Below, one piece after another: positions 15,920-26,250 of a stretch of 64,000 nucleotides of DNA. The notes under the pieces were generated by a model. It was not told the origin of the DNA. It worked only from the letters and a program-made list of their open reading frames with translations, and ran no database searches. Source of the stretch: Alphaproteobacteria bacterium (GTDB taxonomy: Bacteria; Pseudomonadota; Alphaproteobacteria; Rickettsiales; SXRF01). Within the stretch, counting starts at the first letter, position 1, and the number at the start of each line of letters is the position of its first letter. A program made the position numbers and the translations under genes. Location: NCBI GenBank assembly GCA_033763575.1, contig JANRKF010000013.1, forward strand, positions 17,396 to 81,395. Direction: 5' to 3'.

Positions 15920-15977
15920 CTTGAAAACTGCCGAGGTGGCAACGCCTCCGTGAGTTCGAATCTCACCTCTTCCGCCA
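15920..15977 (+). pseudogene. displaced 3' half of tRNA-Ser (anticodon loop to CCA); right island boundary
   Basis: CTTGAAAACTGCCGAGGTGGCAACGCCTCCGTGAGTTCGAATCTCACCTCTTCCGCCA. Its acceptor strand CTCTTCC pairs perfectly with fragment A (GGAAGAG) at 4768. Confidence 0.85.
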
Positions 15978-16140
15978 TTGTTCGAACAACTATATCATTG
16001 ATATATAGCGATTATAGCTTGTTTTGGTAGGGTAGTGCACTTGAGACAGTCGAACCTACATTAAATTAGTTGCTTGAGTGCATAATTTAATCTCGTGCGG
16101 TCACTGCCTTATTAGGTCATGTAATCGACACATCGTCTTG

Positions 16141-16506
16141 TTATGCTGCGTTTTGTATTTCACTCATTTTTCGGCAGCTTTCAGCACACCTGCGACATAT
16201 TTCAGCACATTGCTTCATTTCTTCGCCCTCAATACGCGCACAAGATTCAGCACAGGCCTCACATATTTCGGCACAAGTAGCACATTCGGAAGCGGAAAAC
16301 TGTGAACCACGAACCATAAAATCAGCTGCAGTCTGACAAGCCTGAATACAATCGGCTATGATACGCACATGTTCAGCGGCAACATGCGCACCCCCCACTT
16401 CAATACAATGATTGAACAGCACACTCTGGCATTCGTGACGCGCCTCCCAGCAATGTTGCATACATTCATGCATTTGTTTTTCATTAAGTTGCATAAAATT
16501 CTCCAT
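16141..16506 (-). CDS. four-helix-bundle Cys-rich copper-binding protein (DUF326-like)
   Basis: Repeated CxxxC spacing (CMQHC, CIQAC, CATCAEICEACAESC, CAEICRRCAESC), as in the DUF326/Csp-like family. Confidence 0.65.
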   Translation of the reverse strand: MENFMQLNEKQMHECMQHCWEARHECQSVLFNHCIEVGGAHVAAEHVRIIADCIQACQTAADFMVRGSQFSASECATCAEICEACAESCARIEGEEMKQCAEICRRCAESCRKMSEIQNAA

Positions 16507-16785
16507 TTATTTGGTTCACGGTGAGTGCGCTCATATGGAATGAGGCCAGTCTAACAACGCTAGGCTCACCAGCATCATGAAGCGATGCAGTTTATCCGTT
16601 GATGAATAAGGAAGTCGTAAACCTATATGCGGCGAGAACATGGCATCATCATGTGCACTTAAATAATAGAGCAGCAGAAGATCCAGCTATTCTTGAGCGT
16701 TGCACAATACCGCCATGTTTTGTAGTCTTTCGGCCATTACTTATTCGCGCATTTTTTTATAAAAAATGCTGGGGAGGCGCACCAC

Positions 16786-18063
16786 ATGGCAAATCATTTG
16801 ACGAAACAACGCATTGCGATTATTGGCACCGGCATATCCGGCATGGGGGCTGCATCGATTCTGCATCCGCACCATGAGATTGTCTTATATGAAAAAAATG
16901 AACGTATTGGCGGGCATAGCCGTACAGTCAATGTGTCGACGGCAGATGGCAGCATTCCTGTCGATACCGGTTTTATTGTGTTTAATAAGCGCAATTACCC
17001 CTTGCTCACCAAACTGTTTGAGCATTACGAAGTGCCGATTGCCAAAAGCGATATGTCGTTTGGCGCGAGCATTGAGGACGGCTGGCTGGAATATGGCACA
17101 CAACACCTAAGCAATATTTTTGCGCAAAAACGCAACCTGCTGAGGCCTCAATTTTGGGGCATGGTTTGTGATGTGTGGCGTTTTAATAAACAGGCGAGGT
17201 CATATCTCGAAAAAGATCCTTTTATTTCGCTTGGCGCATGCCTTGATGCGCTCGGCATGGGGAGTTGGTATCGCAACTATTTCATCGTGCCGATGGGGGC
17301 TTGTATCTGGAGCACACCGCTTGCGCAGATGCTTGATTTCCCGGCCAGCAGCTTCCTGAGGTTCTTTGAAAATCATGGACTGTTATCGGTGAATGACCAG
17401 CCGCAATGGTACACCATACAAGGTGGCAGCAAGGAATACATCGCAAGACTCACCGCGCCTTACGAAGACCGTATTAGGCTTAATTGTGGCGCAACCGAGG
17501 TTAAACGGGTGCCAGATGGTGTGATGGTGCATGACACGCAGGGTGGAAGCACATTGTTCGATCAGGTCGTGTTTGCCTGCCATGCGGATCAGGCACTGGC
17601 CATGCTACAAAACCCTTCTGCCGATGAGGCGCGTATACTTGGGCAATTCAGATACCAACCCAACCGCATGGTACTGCATAGTGATGTCAGTTTTATGCCA
17701 AGAAACAAGAGTGCATGGGCAAGCTGGGTCTATTTATCAGATGCAAAAACCGACGATAAACCTTATGTTTCTTTAAGCTACTGGATGAACAATTTGCAAC
17801 CGCTACCGACCCAAACACCAATGATCGTAACGCTAAACCCCAGCCGCGAGCCAGCAAAAGAGCTGGTGCATGATGCAGCAAATTTCGAGCATCCGCTATT
17901 TGATGAAGCGGCGATTCGTGCACAGGCGGAAATTCCAACCATTCAGGGTGTTGACAGGCTGTGGTTTTGCGGTGCATATCAGCGTTATGGCTTTCATGAA
18001 GATGGGTTGCGGAGCGCAGTGGAGATGGTAAAACAAATGGGGATTGAACCTGCATGGATATAG
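16786..18063 (+). CDS. FAD/NAD(P)-binding amine-oxidase-like oxidoreductase
   Basis: N-terminal Rossmann motif IAIIGTGISGMGAA...YEKNERIGGH. It is the first gene of the conserved cfa-associated cluster. Confidence 0.75.
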   Translation: MANHLTKQRIAIIGTGISGMGAASILHPHHEIVLYEKNERIGGHSRTVNVSTADGSIPVDTGFIVFNKRNYPLLTKLFEHYEVPIAKSDMSFGASIEDGWLEYGTQHLSNIFAQKRNLLRPQFWGMVCDVWRFNKQARSYLEKDPFISLGACLDALGMGSWYRNYFIVPMGACIWSTPLAQMLDFPASSFLRFFENHGLLSVNDQPQWYTIQGGSKEYIARLTAPYEDRIRLNCGATEVKRVPDGVMVHDTQGGSTLFDQVVFACHADQALAMLQNPSADEARILGQFRYQPNRMVLHSDVSFMPRNKSAWASWVYLSDAKTDDKPYVSLSYWMNNLQPLPTQTPMIVTLNPSREPAKELVHDAANFEHPLFDEAAIRAQAEIPTIQGVDRLWFCGAYQRYGFHEDGLRSAVEMVKQMGIEPAWI

Positions 18064-18851
18064 CTCCCCAGATTTACACCGCTAAGGTAATGCATAAGCG
18101 GCTATTTCCGAAGATCAATCAATTCACCTACGGTGTGTATTATCTCGCATTGCCACTGCCTGCGCCAAAGCTCCCAAGCCGATTGCTTTCGTTTCATGAA
18201 AAAGACCATGGCGCGCGTGATGGGAGCAGTAGCCAGGCATGGGCGCGAAATATTCTTGTCGATTATGGCATCGGTGATAATGTGCAATATATCACGCTTG
18301 TCACCATGCCGCGTGTGCTTGGCTATGTCTTCAACCCGGTGAGTTTCTTTCTCTGCCTGGATGATGAGCGTAAATTGCGCGCGGTGATATGCGAAGTGCA
18401 TAACACTTTTAGCGAACAGCACAGCTATCTGTGCGCTCGCGCCGATCATGCGCCTATTTCGCCGGATGAATGGCTGAGTGCCGACAAACTCTTTCATGTC
18501 TCGCCGTTTCTGCCGCGGGAAGGGAATTATAAATTTCGCTTTGCTCTTGCCGGTGAGCAGCTCGGCATCTGGATTGATTATTATGATAAGGAAAACAATA
18601 AACAGCTCATCACCACGCTCACGGGTAAATTGACGCGGCTGAATGCTACTTCACTCCGCCACGCCTTCTGGTCGCACCCACTAGTGACATTCAAGGTTAT
18701 CACCTTGATTCACTGGCAGGCTGTAAAGCTGATGAGTAAAGGGATACGCTATATTGTGAAGCCATCACAGCGCGATGAAACAATAAGCGCAACGTGCGAC
18801 CTTACAAAAGGTAAGGCGTGGGCAAATAACCTGTTGGAAAGGAGACAATAA
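18054..18851 (+). CDS. DUF1365 family protein
   Basis: IYTAKVMHKRLFPKINQFTYGVYYLALPL...GYVFNPVSFF matches the DUF1365 N-terminus. It overlaps the upstream gene by 10 nt. Confidence 0.7.
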   Translation: MDIAPQIYTAKVMHKRLFPKINQFTYGVYYLALPLPAPKLPSRLLSFHEKDHGARDGSSSQAWARNILVDYGIGDNVQYITLVTMPRVLGYVFNPVSFFLCLDDERKLRAVICEVHNTFSEQHSYLCARADHAPISPDEWLSADKLFHVSPFLPREGNYKFRFALAGEQLGIWIDYYDKENNKQLITTLTGKLTRLNATSLRHAFWSHPLVTFKVITLIHWQAVKLMSKGIRYIVKPSQRDETISATCDLTKGKAWANNLLERRQ

Positions 18852-18859
18852 GAGAAGTT

Positions 18860-20020
18860 ATGCTAGAAAAAAACATCACCATGCAATTCCTGAAATCCCT
18901 CGAACACATCGAGTTTGGGGCGATGCATGTTACCACGCCGGATGGTAGGCAATATTCTTTCTACGGCAAGCAGCCGGGTGCACATGCAAATCTTCACCTG
19001 CATGACTGGCGCGTCATCCGTCAATTTGCGAGCAAAGGTGACGCGGGATTTGCGGAAGCCTACAGCGACGGTTGGTGGGATAGCAGTGATCTCGTCGCGC
19101 TCATGACCATGGGTTTGCAAAACGAAAAAGCTCTGGGTAGCTATATTTACGGCGGCATTTTTGGTCGTATCGCTGCCCGTATTTCTTATCTATTTACGCG
19201 CAATACCATGAGCGGCAGTAAGAAGAATATTCACGCGCATTACGATTTGGGTAATGATTTTTACAAACTCTGGCTCGATGACACCATGACCTACTCAGCA
19301 GCATTGTTTGAATCGCCTGAACAAAATCTTGTCGCTGCGCAGCATAATAAATACGACCGCATCTTGAGCAGGCTACCTAATTCAGGTTCATTGCTGGAAG
19401 TGGGCTGTGGCTGGGGCGGATTTGCCGAGCGGGCACTCTGTAAGAATAATTATGATCTGAAAGGGCTCACTATTTCTAAATCACAATATGATTACGCACA
19501 GCAACGCGTGGGTAAAAATGCAACTATCGCACTCGAAGATTACCGTATTCAGCAAGGAAAATACGATAATATTGTCTCTATCGAAATGTTCGAGGCAGTG
19601 GGCGAAAAATACTGGCCGTCCTATTTTGACAAACTGAAGGAATTACTCGCTAACAAAGGCAAGGCTATCATCCAGACCATCACCATCAAAGACGAGTATT
19701 TTGAGAGCTATCGTCGTGGCGGCGATATGATCCGCACTTATATCTTCCCAGGTGGAATGTTGCCATCTCCGACACGATTCGAGCAGGAAGCGAATAAGGC
19801 AGGCTTGCGACTTACAGATTCTCATCAGTTTGGCAAAGACTACGAGCTAACCCTTAAACACTGGCTACATAACTTTGAGGCAAAGCTTGTCGATGTAAAA
19901 AATCTGGGTTTTGACAATGCATTTATTCGCATGTGGCGGTTTTACCTCACCTGCTGCATCGCCAGTTTTAATGTCGGGCGCACCGATGTCATACAGATGG
20001 AGTTGCAGCATGCGGCATAG
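18860..20020 (+). CDS. cfa: cyclopropane-fatty-acyl-phospholipid synthase-like SAM methyltransferase
   Basis: HYDLGNDFYKLWLDDTMTYS, the SAM motif LLEVGCGWGGFA, and SIEMFEAVG...FPGG are typical of the CFA synthase family. Confidence 0.8.
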   Translation: MLEKNITMQFLKSLEHIEFGAMHVTTPDGRQYSFYGKQPGAHANLHLHDWRVIRQFASKGDAGFAEAYSDGWWDSSDLVALMTMGLQNEKALGSYIYGGIFGRIAARISYLFTRNTMSGSKKNIHAHYDLGNDFYKLWLDDTMTYSAALFESPEQNLVAAQHNKYDRILSRLPNSGSLLEVGCGWGGFAERALCKNNYDLKGLTISKSQYDYAQQRVGKNATIALEDYRIQQGKYDNIVSIEMFEAVGEKYWPSYFDKLKELLANKGKAIIQTITIKDEYFESYRRGGDMIRTYIFPGGMLPSPTRFEQEANKAGLRLTDSHQFGKDYELTLKHWLHNFEAKLVDVKNLGFDNAFIRMWRFYLTCCIASFNVGRTDVIQMELQHAA

Positions 20021-20525
20021 TGCGTTCATTATGATTCTTGCGTTCTTCTTTGCTCCACTCGCTATTGCATCTGAAATAGCAATGCAGCAGATTCCGAACG
20101 CAAAGAAAGTGGGTGAAGGCAGGCTTTCAGTCGTGTTTTGGGACGTATATGATGCCACGCTTTATGCGCCAAATGGCCAGTGGCACCCAGAGAAACCCTA
20201 TGCACTTTCCATCCGCTATTTCCGCGAAATCGAAGGGGGTGATATTGCCGACCGCTCTATCGCAGAGATAAAGAAGCAAGGTTTCTCAGATCAAGAAATG
20301 CTTGAAGACTGGCACAAGCAGATGCTTGATATTTTGCCAAACGTGAAAAATGGAACAGAGCTGACCGCGTTATTTACCGATAAGGAAACCACTGATTTTT
20401 ACCATAGCGGAAAACGCATCGGCACTATTAATGACCCACTATTCGGCAAGCATTTCTTCGGCATCTGGCTGAATGAAAATACTTCCGAACCGACTTTACG
20501 CAGAGCGTTGTTGGGGCAGTCATGA
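20010..20525 (+). CDS. chalcone isomerase-like family protein, secreted
   Basis: Signal peptide MRHSAFIMILAFFFAPLAIA, then FWDVYDATLYAP...ALSIRYFREI, which resembles chalcone-isomerase-like periplasmic proteins found in this cluster. Confidence 0.55.
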   Translation: MRHSAFIMILAFFFAPLAIASEIAMQQIPNAKKVGEGRLSVVFWDVYDATLYAPNGQWHPEKPYALSIRYFREIEGGDIADRSIAEIKKQGFSDQEMLEDWHKQMLDILPNVKNGTELTALFTDKETTDFYHSGKRIGTINDPLFGKHFFGIWLNENTSEPTLRRALLGQS

Positions 20526-21847
20526 CCTCTACAGCCATTCAGAAAATGGCCCTGGTGCAGTATGGTTTTCTGGCATTGCCCATCGCCTTTGCGGGCTTTC
20601 CACTTTATATACTCGCCCCCGATTTTTACGCGGCTGAGCACGGTGTTTCACTGACGGTTCTTGGTGTGGTGTTGCTTGCACTTCGCTTATTTGACGCGGT
20701 GCAAGACCCATTGATTGGCAGTTTAAGCGATCGCTTTTCGCATAAATCCTTCATCATCATGCTGATAAGCGCGGCAGTGCTGGTGGGCAGTGTTTTTGCA
20801 CTGTTTCATCCTTCCAGTGAACACGCAGTCACTTGGTTTACTGTTTCTATGGCATGCGCCGTGACTGCGTTTAGTGTCTTAAACATCAATCTCGCCATGC
20901 TCGGTGCGCTATGGACAAATCATAGCCCCGATCAAACCCGCATCAGTGGTATGCGCGAAGCCTTCGGCCTTATTGGATTGCTACTTGCTGTAAGCCTTCC
21001 GCCGCTGCTTAAAGCAACGCTGCCTGCAGTGCAGGTTTATGCCGCGTTCAGCGTCATTCTTTTTGTAATTATGTTGTTTGCTTTAGCATTTTTTTATCGC
21101 TGGTTTACTAAAAATCTTTCCGCTTTCCAGCGCGCCTCTAAAGCTCAGCCTAGCATATTTCAAACACTTCGTGCGCTGCCCACAAAAACACGGCAACTGT
21201 TTTTCGTCTATGGCTTAAGCGTTCTGGCTTCCAGCATTCCGGCGATACTCGTGATCTTTTTTGTGCGTGATCGGTTGAATGCAGAAAGCTATCTGGGTCT
21301 ATTTCTTTTGCTCTATTTCCTCTCCGGCGCGCTTGCTATGGCTTTGTGGAAACGTCTTGCTGAAGAACACGGTAAATATCGTGCATGGCTTTTTTCAACA
21401 TTGCTCGCAATTGCTAGCTTCATTTGGGCATTTTTCTTAAGCGAAGATGATGTGGTTGCGTACGGAGTAATCTGCCTGATTTCTGGCATTGCGCTCGGTG
21501 CTGACCTCGCGCTGCCGCCTTCAATTCTTGCCGATAACATCCACCAGAGCAGCGCGCAAGACAGCACTGCTACACAATTCTCTGTCCTCACCTTGCTTTC
21601 AAAAGCAGCGCTGGCGATGGCTTCGGCTATAGCCTTTCCATTGCTTGATTTTGTAGGATTTATACCCGCATCGTCTAACTCATCGTCCGCATTATTAAGC
21701 CTCAGCGTGGCCTATGCACTGATTCCGTGCGTCATAAAACTAGCTGCGGCGTATCTGATGTATCGCTTTTTCATTCAACCAGAAGGATATTCTTATGACA
21801 TTCTTACGAAAAATAACCCTGATCGGAGTCGCCATCATGCTCAGTAG
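20522..21847 (+). CDS. MFS-type transporter
   Basis: 441 aa with about 12 hydrophobic helices and an RLFDAVQDPLIGSLSDR loop motif, as in GPH/MFS transporters. Confidence 0.7.
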   Translation: MTSTAIQKMALVQYGFLALPIAFAGFPLYILAPDFYAAEHGVSLTVLGVVLLALRLFDAVQDPLIGSLSDRFSHKSFIIMLISAAVLVGSVFALFHPSSEHAVTWFTVSMACAVTAFSVLNINLAMLGALWTNHSPDQTRISGMREAFGLIGLLLAVSLPPLLKATLPAVQVYAAFSVILFVIMLFALAFFYRWFTKNLSAFQRASKAQPSIFQTLRALPTKTRQLFFVYGLSVLASSIPAILVIFFVRDRLNAESYLGLFLLLYFLSGALAMALWKRLAEEHGKYRAWLFSTLLAIASFIWAFFLSEDDVVAYGVICLISGIALGADLALPPSILADNIHQSSAQDSTATQFSVLTLLSKAALAMASAIAFPLLDFVGFIPASSNSSSALLSLSVAYALIPCVIKLAAAYLMYRFFIQPEGYSYDILTKNNPDRSRHHAQ

Positions 21848-22331
21848 CTGCGCTGGAAATACGCTGGATTATTACAAAGGAACAACCCCCAAGGTTGATA
21901 TTAAAGAGTATTTTAATGGTTCGATTAAGGCGTGGGGCATCGTGCAGGATTGGCGTGGGCGCGTGGTCAGCCAGTTCGATATTGAAATGGTTGGTAAATG
22001 GGATGGCGATACAGGCACACTCACAGAAAAGTTCACCTACTACGATGGCAAAAAACAAGAACGTGTGTGGACGATTAATAAACTGGCTGATGGCACGTAT
22101 GAAGGCACCGCCGCCGATATTTTGGATAAAGCAACGGGTGCAGTGGAGGGCAATGCCGCACGTTGGAATTATGTGATGGATTTGCCAGTGGGTGACACCA
22201 CCTACCGCATCCGCTTCGATGACTGGATGTGGCAGATGAACGACGGTGTGCTCATCAACCGTTCTTATCTTAAAAAATTCGGCATCACCGTCACCGAACT
22301 CACCATCTTCATGCAAAAACAAAAACCATGA
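21795..22331 (+). CDS. DUF3833-like lipoprotein
   Basis: Lipobox MTFLRKITLIGVAIMLSSC. FNGSIKAWGIVQDWRGRV...WDGDTGTL.E.F.Y.DG matches my recollection of DUF3833. Confidence 0.6.
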   Translation: MTFLRKITLIGVAIMLSSCAGNTLDYYKGTTPKVDIKEYFNGSIKAWGIVQDWRGRVVSQFDIEMVGKWDGDTGTLTEKFTYYDGKKQERVWTINKLADGTYEGTAADILDKATGAVEGNAARWNYVMDLPVGDTTYRIRFDDWMWQMNDGVLINRSYLKKFGITVTELTIFMQKQKP

Positions 22332-23080
22332 AAAAGGCTAACTTTAAGAATGAAGTGATCTGGATTATCGGCGCCAGCAGTGGCATCGGCAAAGCACTTG
22401 CCTTTGAACTGGCAAACGCTGGCGCGAACGTGGTGATTTCCGCGCGGCGAATGGACGAGTTGGAGCAGCTCAAAACTGAGCTTGCGGGTTCGCCGCTGGT
22501 CTTTCCTCTGGATGTGACAGATAGCGATATGATGACCCGCACAGCCCAAGCTATTCGAGCAGCCGTTGGGCATATTGATCGGGTGATTTTCATGTCGGCG
22601 GCCTACACACCGATGCAGCTAGGGGCGCTTGATCTCACCATCACCCGTAATATGATTGAGGTAAATATTCTGGGCGCATTCCATGTGATTCATGCAGTGC
22701 TGCCAATTCTTAAAGAACAAACACATGGGCAAATCGCGCTGTGCGGCAGTGTAGCGGGTTATATCGGTCTACCAGATGGGCAGCCTTATAGTGCGACTAA
22801 AGCAGCGGTTGCTAACCTTGCCGAAAGCCTCCACGCCGAGTGTCCCCTGCATATCAATGTAAAACTCATCAGCCCGGGGTTTGTTCGCACACCCCTGACT
22901 GAAAAAAATGAGTTTAAGATGCCAATGATTATTACGCCCGAACGCGCTGCGCAAGAAATTGCCGCAGGTTTGCAGTCAAATGCATTTGAAATTCATTTTC
23001 CAAAACGCTTCACTCTATTTCTAAAATTATTGCGATGGCTCCCATACTGGGTCTCGCTTCACATCACCAGAATACTCTAA
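22328..23080 (+). CDS. short-chain dehydrogenase/reductase
   Basis: TGxxxGIG-type motif IIGASSGIGKA and catalytic YSATK. ATGA overlap with the upstream gene. Confidence 0.85.
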   Translation: MKKANFKNEVIWIIGASSGIGKALAFELANAGANVVISARRMDELEQLKTELAGSPLVFPLDVTDSDMMTRTAQAIRAAVGHIDRVIFMSAAYTPMQLGALDLTITRNMIEVNILGAFHVIHAVLPILKEQTHGQIALCGSVAGYIGLPDGQPYSATKAAVANLAESLHAECPLHINVKLISPGFVRTPLTEKNEFKMPMIITPERAAQEIAAGLQSNAFEIHFPKRFTLFLKLLRWLPYWVSLHITRIL

Positions 23081-23095
23081 CCTGACGGAGAAAAT

Positions 23096-23209
23096 ATGAC
23101 TACTCTGTTTGATACACTTGCGCTTGGTGATATCGCGCTAAAAAACCGCATCATTGTGGCGCCGCTTACGCGTATGCGTTGTGTGCCATCGGGTCGCGAT
23201 TATCCCTAG
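23096..23209 (+). pseudogene. 37-codon N-terminal stub of an NADH:flavin oxidoreductase (Old Yellow Enzyme family)
   Basis: MTTLFDTLALGDIALKNRIIVAPLTRMRCVPSGRDYP* is the typical OYE N-terminus (LKNRIxMAPLTR), followed by an immediate stop. It is not in the ORF track because it is under 60 aa. Confidence 0.7.
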
Positions 23210-23343
23210 ACATATCCCCTCGTTTGCTGAATAATGGCCCACCTTTTTACAGCTTCAGAATAACACAGCGGCGCGGCGCAGGCCGTGCGTAATTTATGAC
23301 AATTGGGCGACAGGCGGCGGCTTGATAACCTACTGAGAGGATT

Positions 23344-26250
23344 ATGAAAGATTCCCATATTATCGTGCGTGGTGCGAAGGAGCACAACCTCAAGAATATC
23401 GACGTGGAGATTCCGAAGAACCGGCTGGTGGTGATTACCGGGCCGTCCGGTTCGGGCAAGTCCAGCCTTGCGTTCGATACGATTTACGCCGAGGGCCAGC
23501 GCCGCTATGTCGAGTCGCTTTCGGCCTATGCGCGGCAGTTCCTGAACATTCAGGACAAGCCGGATGTCGAGAGCATCGACGGGCTTTCGCCTGCGATTGC
23601 GATCGACCAGAAGACCACCTCGCGCAATCCGCGCTCCACGGTGGGCACCGTCACCGAGATTTACGACCATCTGCGGCTGCTGTATGCGCGGGCGGGCATT
23701 CCCTATTCCCCGGCGACCGGCCTGCCGATTGAGAGCCAGACCGTCTCGCAGATGACCGACCGCATCATGGAGCTGCCGGAGGGCACGAAGATTTACCTGA
23801 TGGCGCCGATTGCGCGTGGCCATAAGGGCAGCTACGCCAAGGAGCTGGAGGCCTTGCGCAAGAAGGGGTTCACCCGCGTAAAGATCGACGGTGAGATTTA
23901 CGAAATGGATGAGCTGCCGACGCTCGACAAAAACAAAAAGCATGAAATCAAGGTGGTGGTGGATCGCCTTGTCGTGAACAAAGAACTCGGCAACCGTTTG
24001 GCGGATTCGCTGGAAACGGCACTGGGATTGGGCGAGGGGCTGATCGAAGTGGAGGTGACAGATGGTCTTTCGTCTTTGGTCGATGGTAAAAAATCACCAA
24101 AGACCAGGGACCAGGGACTAAAGACCAGCTTCACCATGTCCAGCAAATTCGCCTGCCCGGTCTCCGGCTTCACCTTGTCGGAAATCGAGCCGCGCCTCTT
24201 TTCGTTCAACAGCCCTTACGGCGCCTGCCAGACCTGCGACGGGCTGGGCACGCAGATGTTTTTCGATCCCGACCTGGTGGTGCCGGATACGGCGCTCTCG
24301 CTCTCTGACCGGGCCATTGCGCCATGGGCGAACAGCACCAGCAAATATTACATGCAGACGCTCGAAGGGTTGGCGGCGCATTATAAATTCAGCCTCTACA
24401 CGCCGTTTTCCGGTTTATCGAAAAAGATTCAGGAGATGATTCTCTATGGCTCCGGTGACGAGCCGGTGCGGATTCAATATACCGATGGCGCCCGCAGCTA
24501 CATCGCCAACAAGCCCTATGAAGGGGTCGTCACCAACCTTGAGCGCCGCTGGAAGGAAACCGAATCCGACTGGATGCGCGAGGAGCTGGCGAAATATAAA
24601 AGCGAGCATAAATGCGAGGACTGCGGAGGTTCGCGCCTGAAGCCGGAAGCGCTCTGCGTCAAGGTCGGCGGCAAGCATATCGGCGAGATCACCGAAATGC
24701 CGATCGATGTTGCGCATGAATGGTTTGAAAAGCTGGAGAAAAAACTTTCCAAAAAACAGCAGAGCATCGCGCAGAAGGTGCTGAAGGAAACCCGTGAGCG
24801 GCTGCAATTCCTGATGAATGTCGGGCTGGAATACCTCACGCTGGCGCGTGAATCGGGCACATTATCCGGCGGCGAGTCGCAGCGCATCCGCCTTGCATCC
24901 CAGATTGGCAGCGGATTATCGGGCGTTCTTTATGTGCTGGATGAGCCCTCCATCGGCCTGCATCAATCGGATAACGAGCGCTTGCTCACCACCCTTAAAC
25001 ACCTGCGTGAACTCGGCAACACGGTGATCGTGGTCGAGCATGACGAGGATACGATGCGCGCCGCCGACCATCTCATCGATATGGGTCCCGGCGCCGGGGT
25101 GCATGGCGGAATCGTCGTGTCAGAGGGCACGCCCGCCCATGTCGCCAAGGATAAAAAAAGCCTCACCGGGCAATATCTCTCCGGCACGAAATTTATTCCG
25201 GTTCCGGAACAACGTCGCACCGCATCGAAAAATAAACGGATCGTGATTAAAAATGCGCGGGGCAATAACCTGCAGAATATCACCGCTGAAATTCCGCTCG
25301 GCACCTTCACGGCGGTGACCGGCGTCTCCGGCGGCGGCAAATCGACGCTGGTGATCGAGACGCTGTATCGCGCTGTGGCCAAGCATCTGCACGGATCACG
25401 CGCCAACCCGGAACCGCATGATTCCATCACCGGCCTTGAATTCATCGACAAGGTGATCGAGATCGATCAGTCGCCGATCGGGCGCACGCCGCGCAGCAAT
25501 CCCGCCACCTATACGGGTGCCTTCACGCCCATCCGCGATTGGTTTGCGGCGCTGCCGGAAGCCAAGGCGAGGGGCTACGAGGCCGGGCGTTTTTCCTTCA
25601 ACGTCAAGGGTGGGCGCTGCGAAGCCTGCCAGGGCGACGGCATGATAAAAATCGAGATGCACTTCCTGCCGGACGTCTATGTGAAATGCGATGTCTGCCA
25701 CGGGGCGCGCTATAACCGCGAAACGCTCGATGTGAAATACAAGGACAAATCGATTTCCGATGTGCTGAAAATGACGGTGGATGAGGGCGCCAGCTTCTTC
25801 TCCGCCCAGCCGAGCGTGCGCGAAAAGTTGCTCGCCATGCAGGAGGTGGGGCTGGGTTACATCGCCATCGGCCAGTCGGCGACGACACTCTCCGGCGGCG
25901 AGGCGCAGCGCATCAAGCTCGCCAAGGAACTCTCCAAACGCGCCACCGGCCGCACGCTCTACATCCTCGACGAGCCGACGACGGGGCTGCATTCCGACGA
26001 CATCAGGAAGCTGCTGGTCGTGCTCCACAAGCTGGTGGATGCGGGTAACACGGTGGTCGTCATCGAACATAATCTCGACGTCATCAAGACCGCCGACCAC
26101 ATTATCGACATCGGCCCCGGCGGCGGCAATAAAGGCGGCAAAATCGTGGCGTCCGGCACACCGGAAGAGGTGGCCAAAAGCAAAAGCTCCATCACCGGGA
26201 AATATATCGCGCCGCTGCTTTCAAAAAAGAAAGCCGGGAAAGCCGCCTAG
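23344..26250 (+). CDS. uvrA: excinuclease ABC subunit A
   Basis: 968 aa. Two ABC modules ([22 protein letters not shown]), LSGGE signatures and zinc-finger Cys pairs. The N-terminus [18 protein letters not shown] is typical. Confidence 0.97.
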   Translation: MKDSHIIVRGAKEHNLKNIDVEIPKNRLVVITGPSGSGKSSLAFDTIYAEGQRRYVESLSAYARQFLNIQDKPDVESIDGLSPAIAIDQKTTSRNPRSTVGTVTEIYDHLRLLYARAGIPYSPATGLPIESQTVSQMTDRIMELPEGTKIYLMAPIARGHKGSYAKELEALRKKGFTRVKIDGEIYEMDELPTLDKNKKHEIKVVVDRLVVNKELGNRLADSLETALGLGEGLIEVEVTDGLSSLVDGKKSPKTRDQGLKTSFTMSSKFACPVSGFTLSEIEPRLFSFNSPYGACQTCDGLGTQMFFDPDLVVPDTALSLSDRAIAPWANSTSKYYMQTLEGLAAHYKFSLYTPFSGLSKKIQEMILYGSGDEPVRIQYTDGARSYIANKPYEGVVTNLERRWKETESDWMREELAKYKSEHKCEDCGGSRLKPEALCVKVGGKHIGEITEMPIDVAHEWFEKLEKKLSKKQQSIAQKVLKETRERLQFLMNVGLEYLTLARESGTLSGGESQRIRLASQIGSGLSGVLYVLDEPSIGLHQSDNERLLTTLKHLRELGNTVIVVEHDEDTMRAADHLIDMGPGAGVHGGIVVSEGTPAHVAKDKKSLTGQYLSGTKFIPVPEQRRTASKNKRIVIKNARGNNLQNITAEIPLGTFTAVTGVSGGGKSTLVIETLYRAVAKHLHGSRANPEPHDSITGLEFIDKVIEIDQSPIGRTPRSNPATYTGAFTPIRDWFAALPEAKARGYEAGRFSFNVKGGRCEACQGDGMIKIEMHFLPDVYVKCDVCHGARYNRETLDVKYKDKSISDVLKMTVDEGASFFSAQPSVREKLLAMQEVGLGYIAIGQSATTLSGGEAQRIKLAKELSKRATGRTLYILDEPTTGLHSDDIRKLLVVLHKLVDAGNTVVVIEHNLDVIKTADHIIDIGPGGGNKGGKIVASGTPEEVAKSKSSITGKYIAPLLSKKKAGKAA

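Larger units (their letters stand above)
5001..15977. mobile_element. integrase-less genomic island bounded by the tRNA-Ser gene and a displaced tRNA-Ser 3' half
   Basis: Intact tRNA on the left and a 58-nt tRNA 3' fragment on the right. It is AT-richer than the flanking native genes by eye. Cargo is excisionase-like, DUF3768, AbiE, a nuclease, gene fragments and a metal module. No integrase ORF is present. Confidence 0.7.

Noticed and set aside
16599-16877. 92-aa ORF overlapping the start of the FAD oxidoreductase gene.
   Set aside because: It overlaps the Rossmann-motif N-terminus of a well-supported gene in another frame and has no motif of its own.
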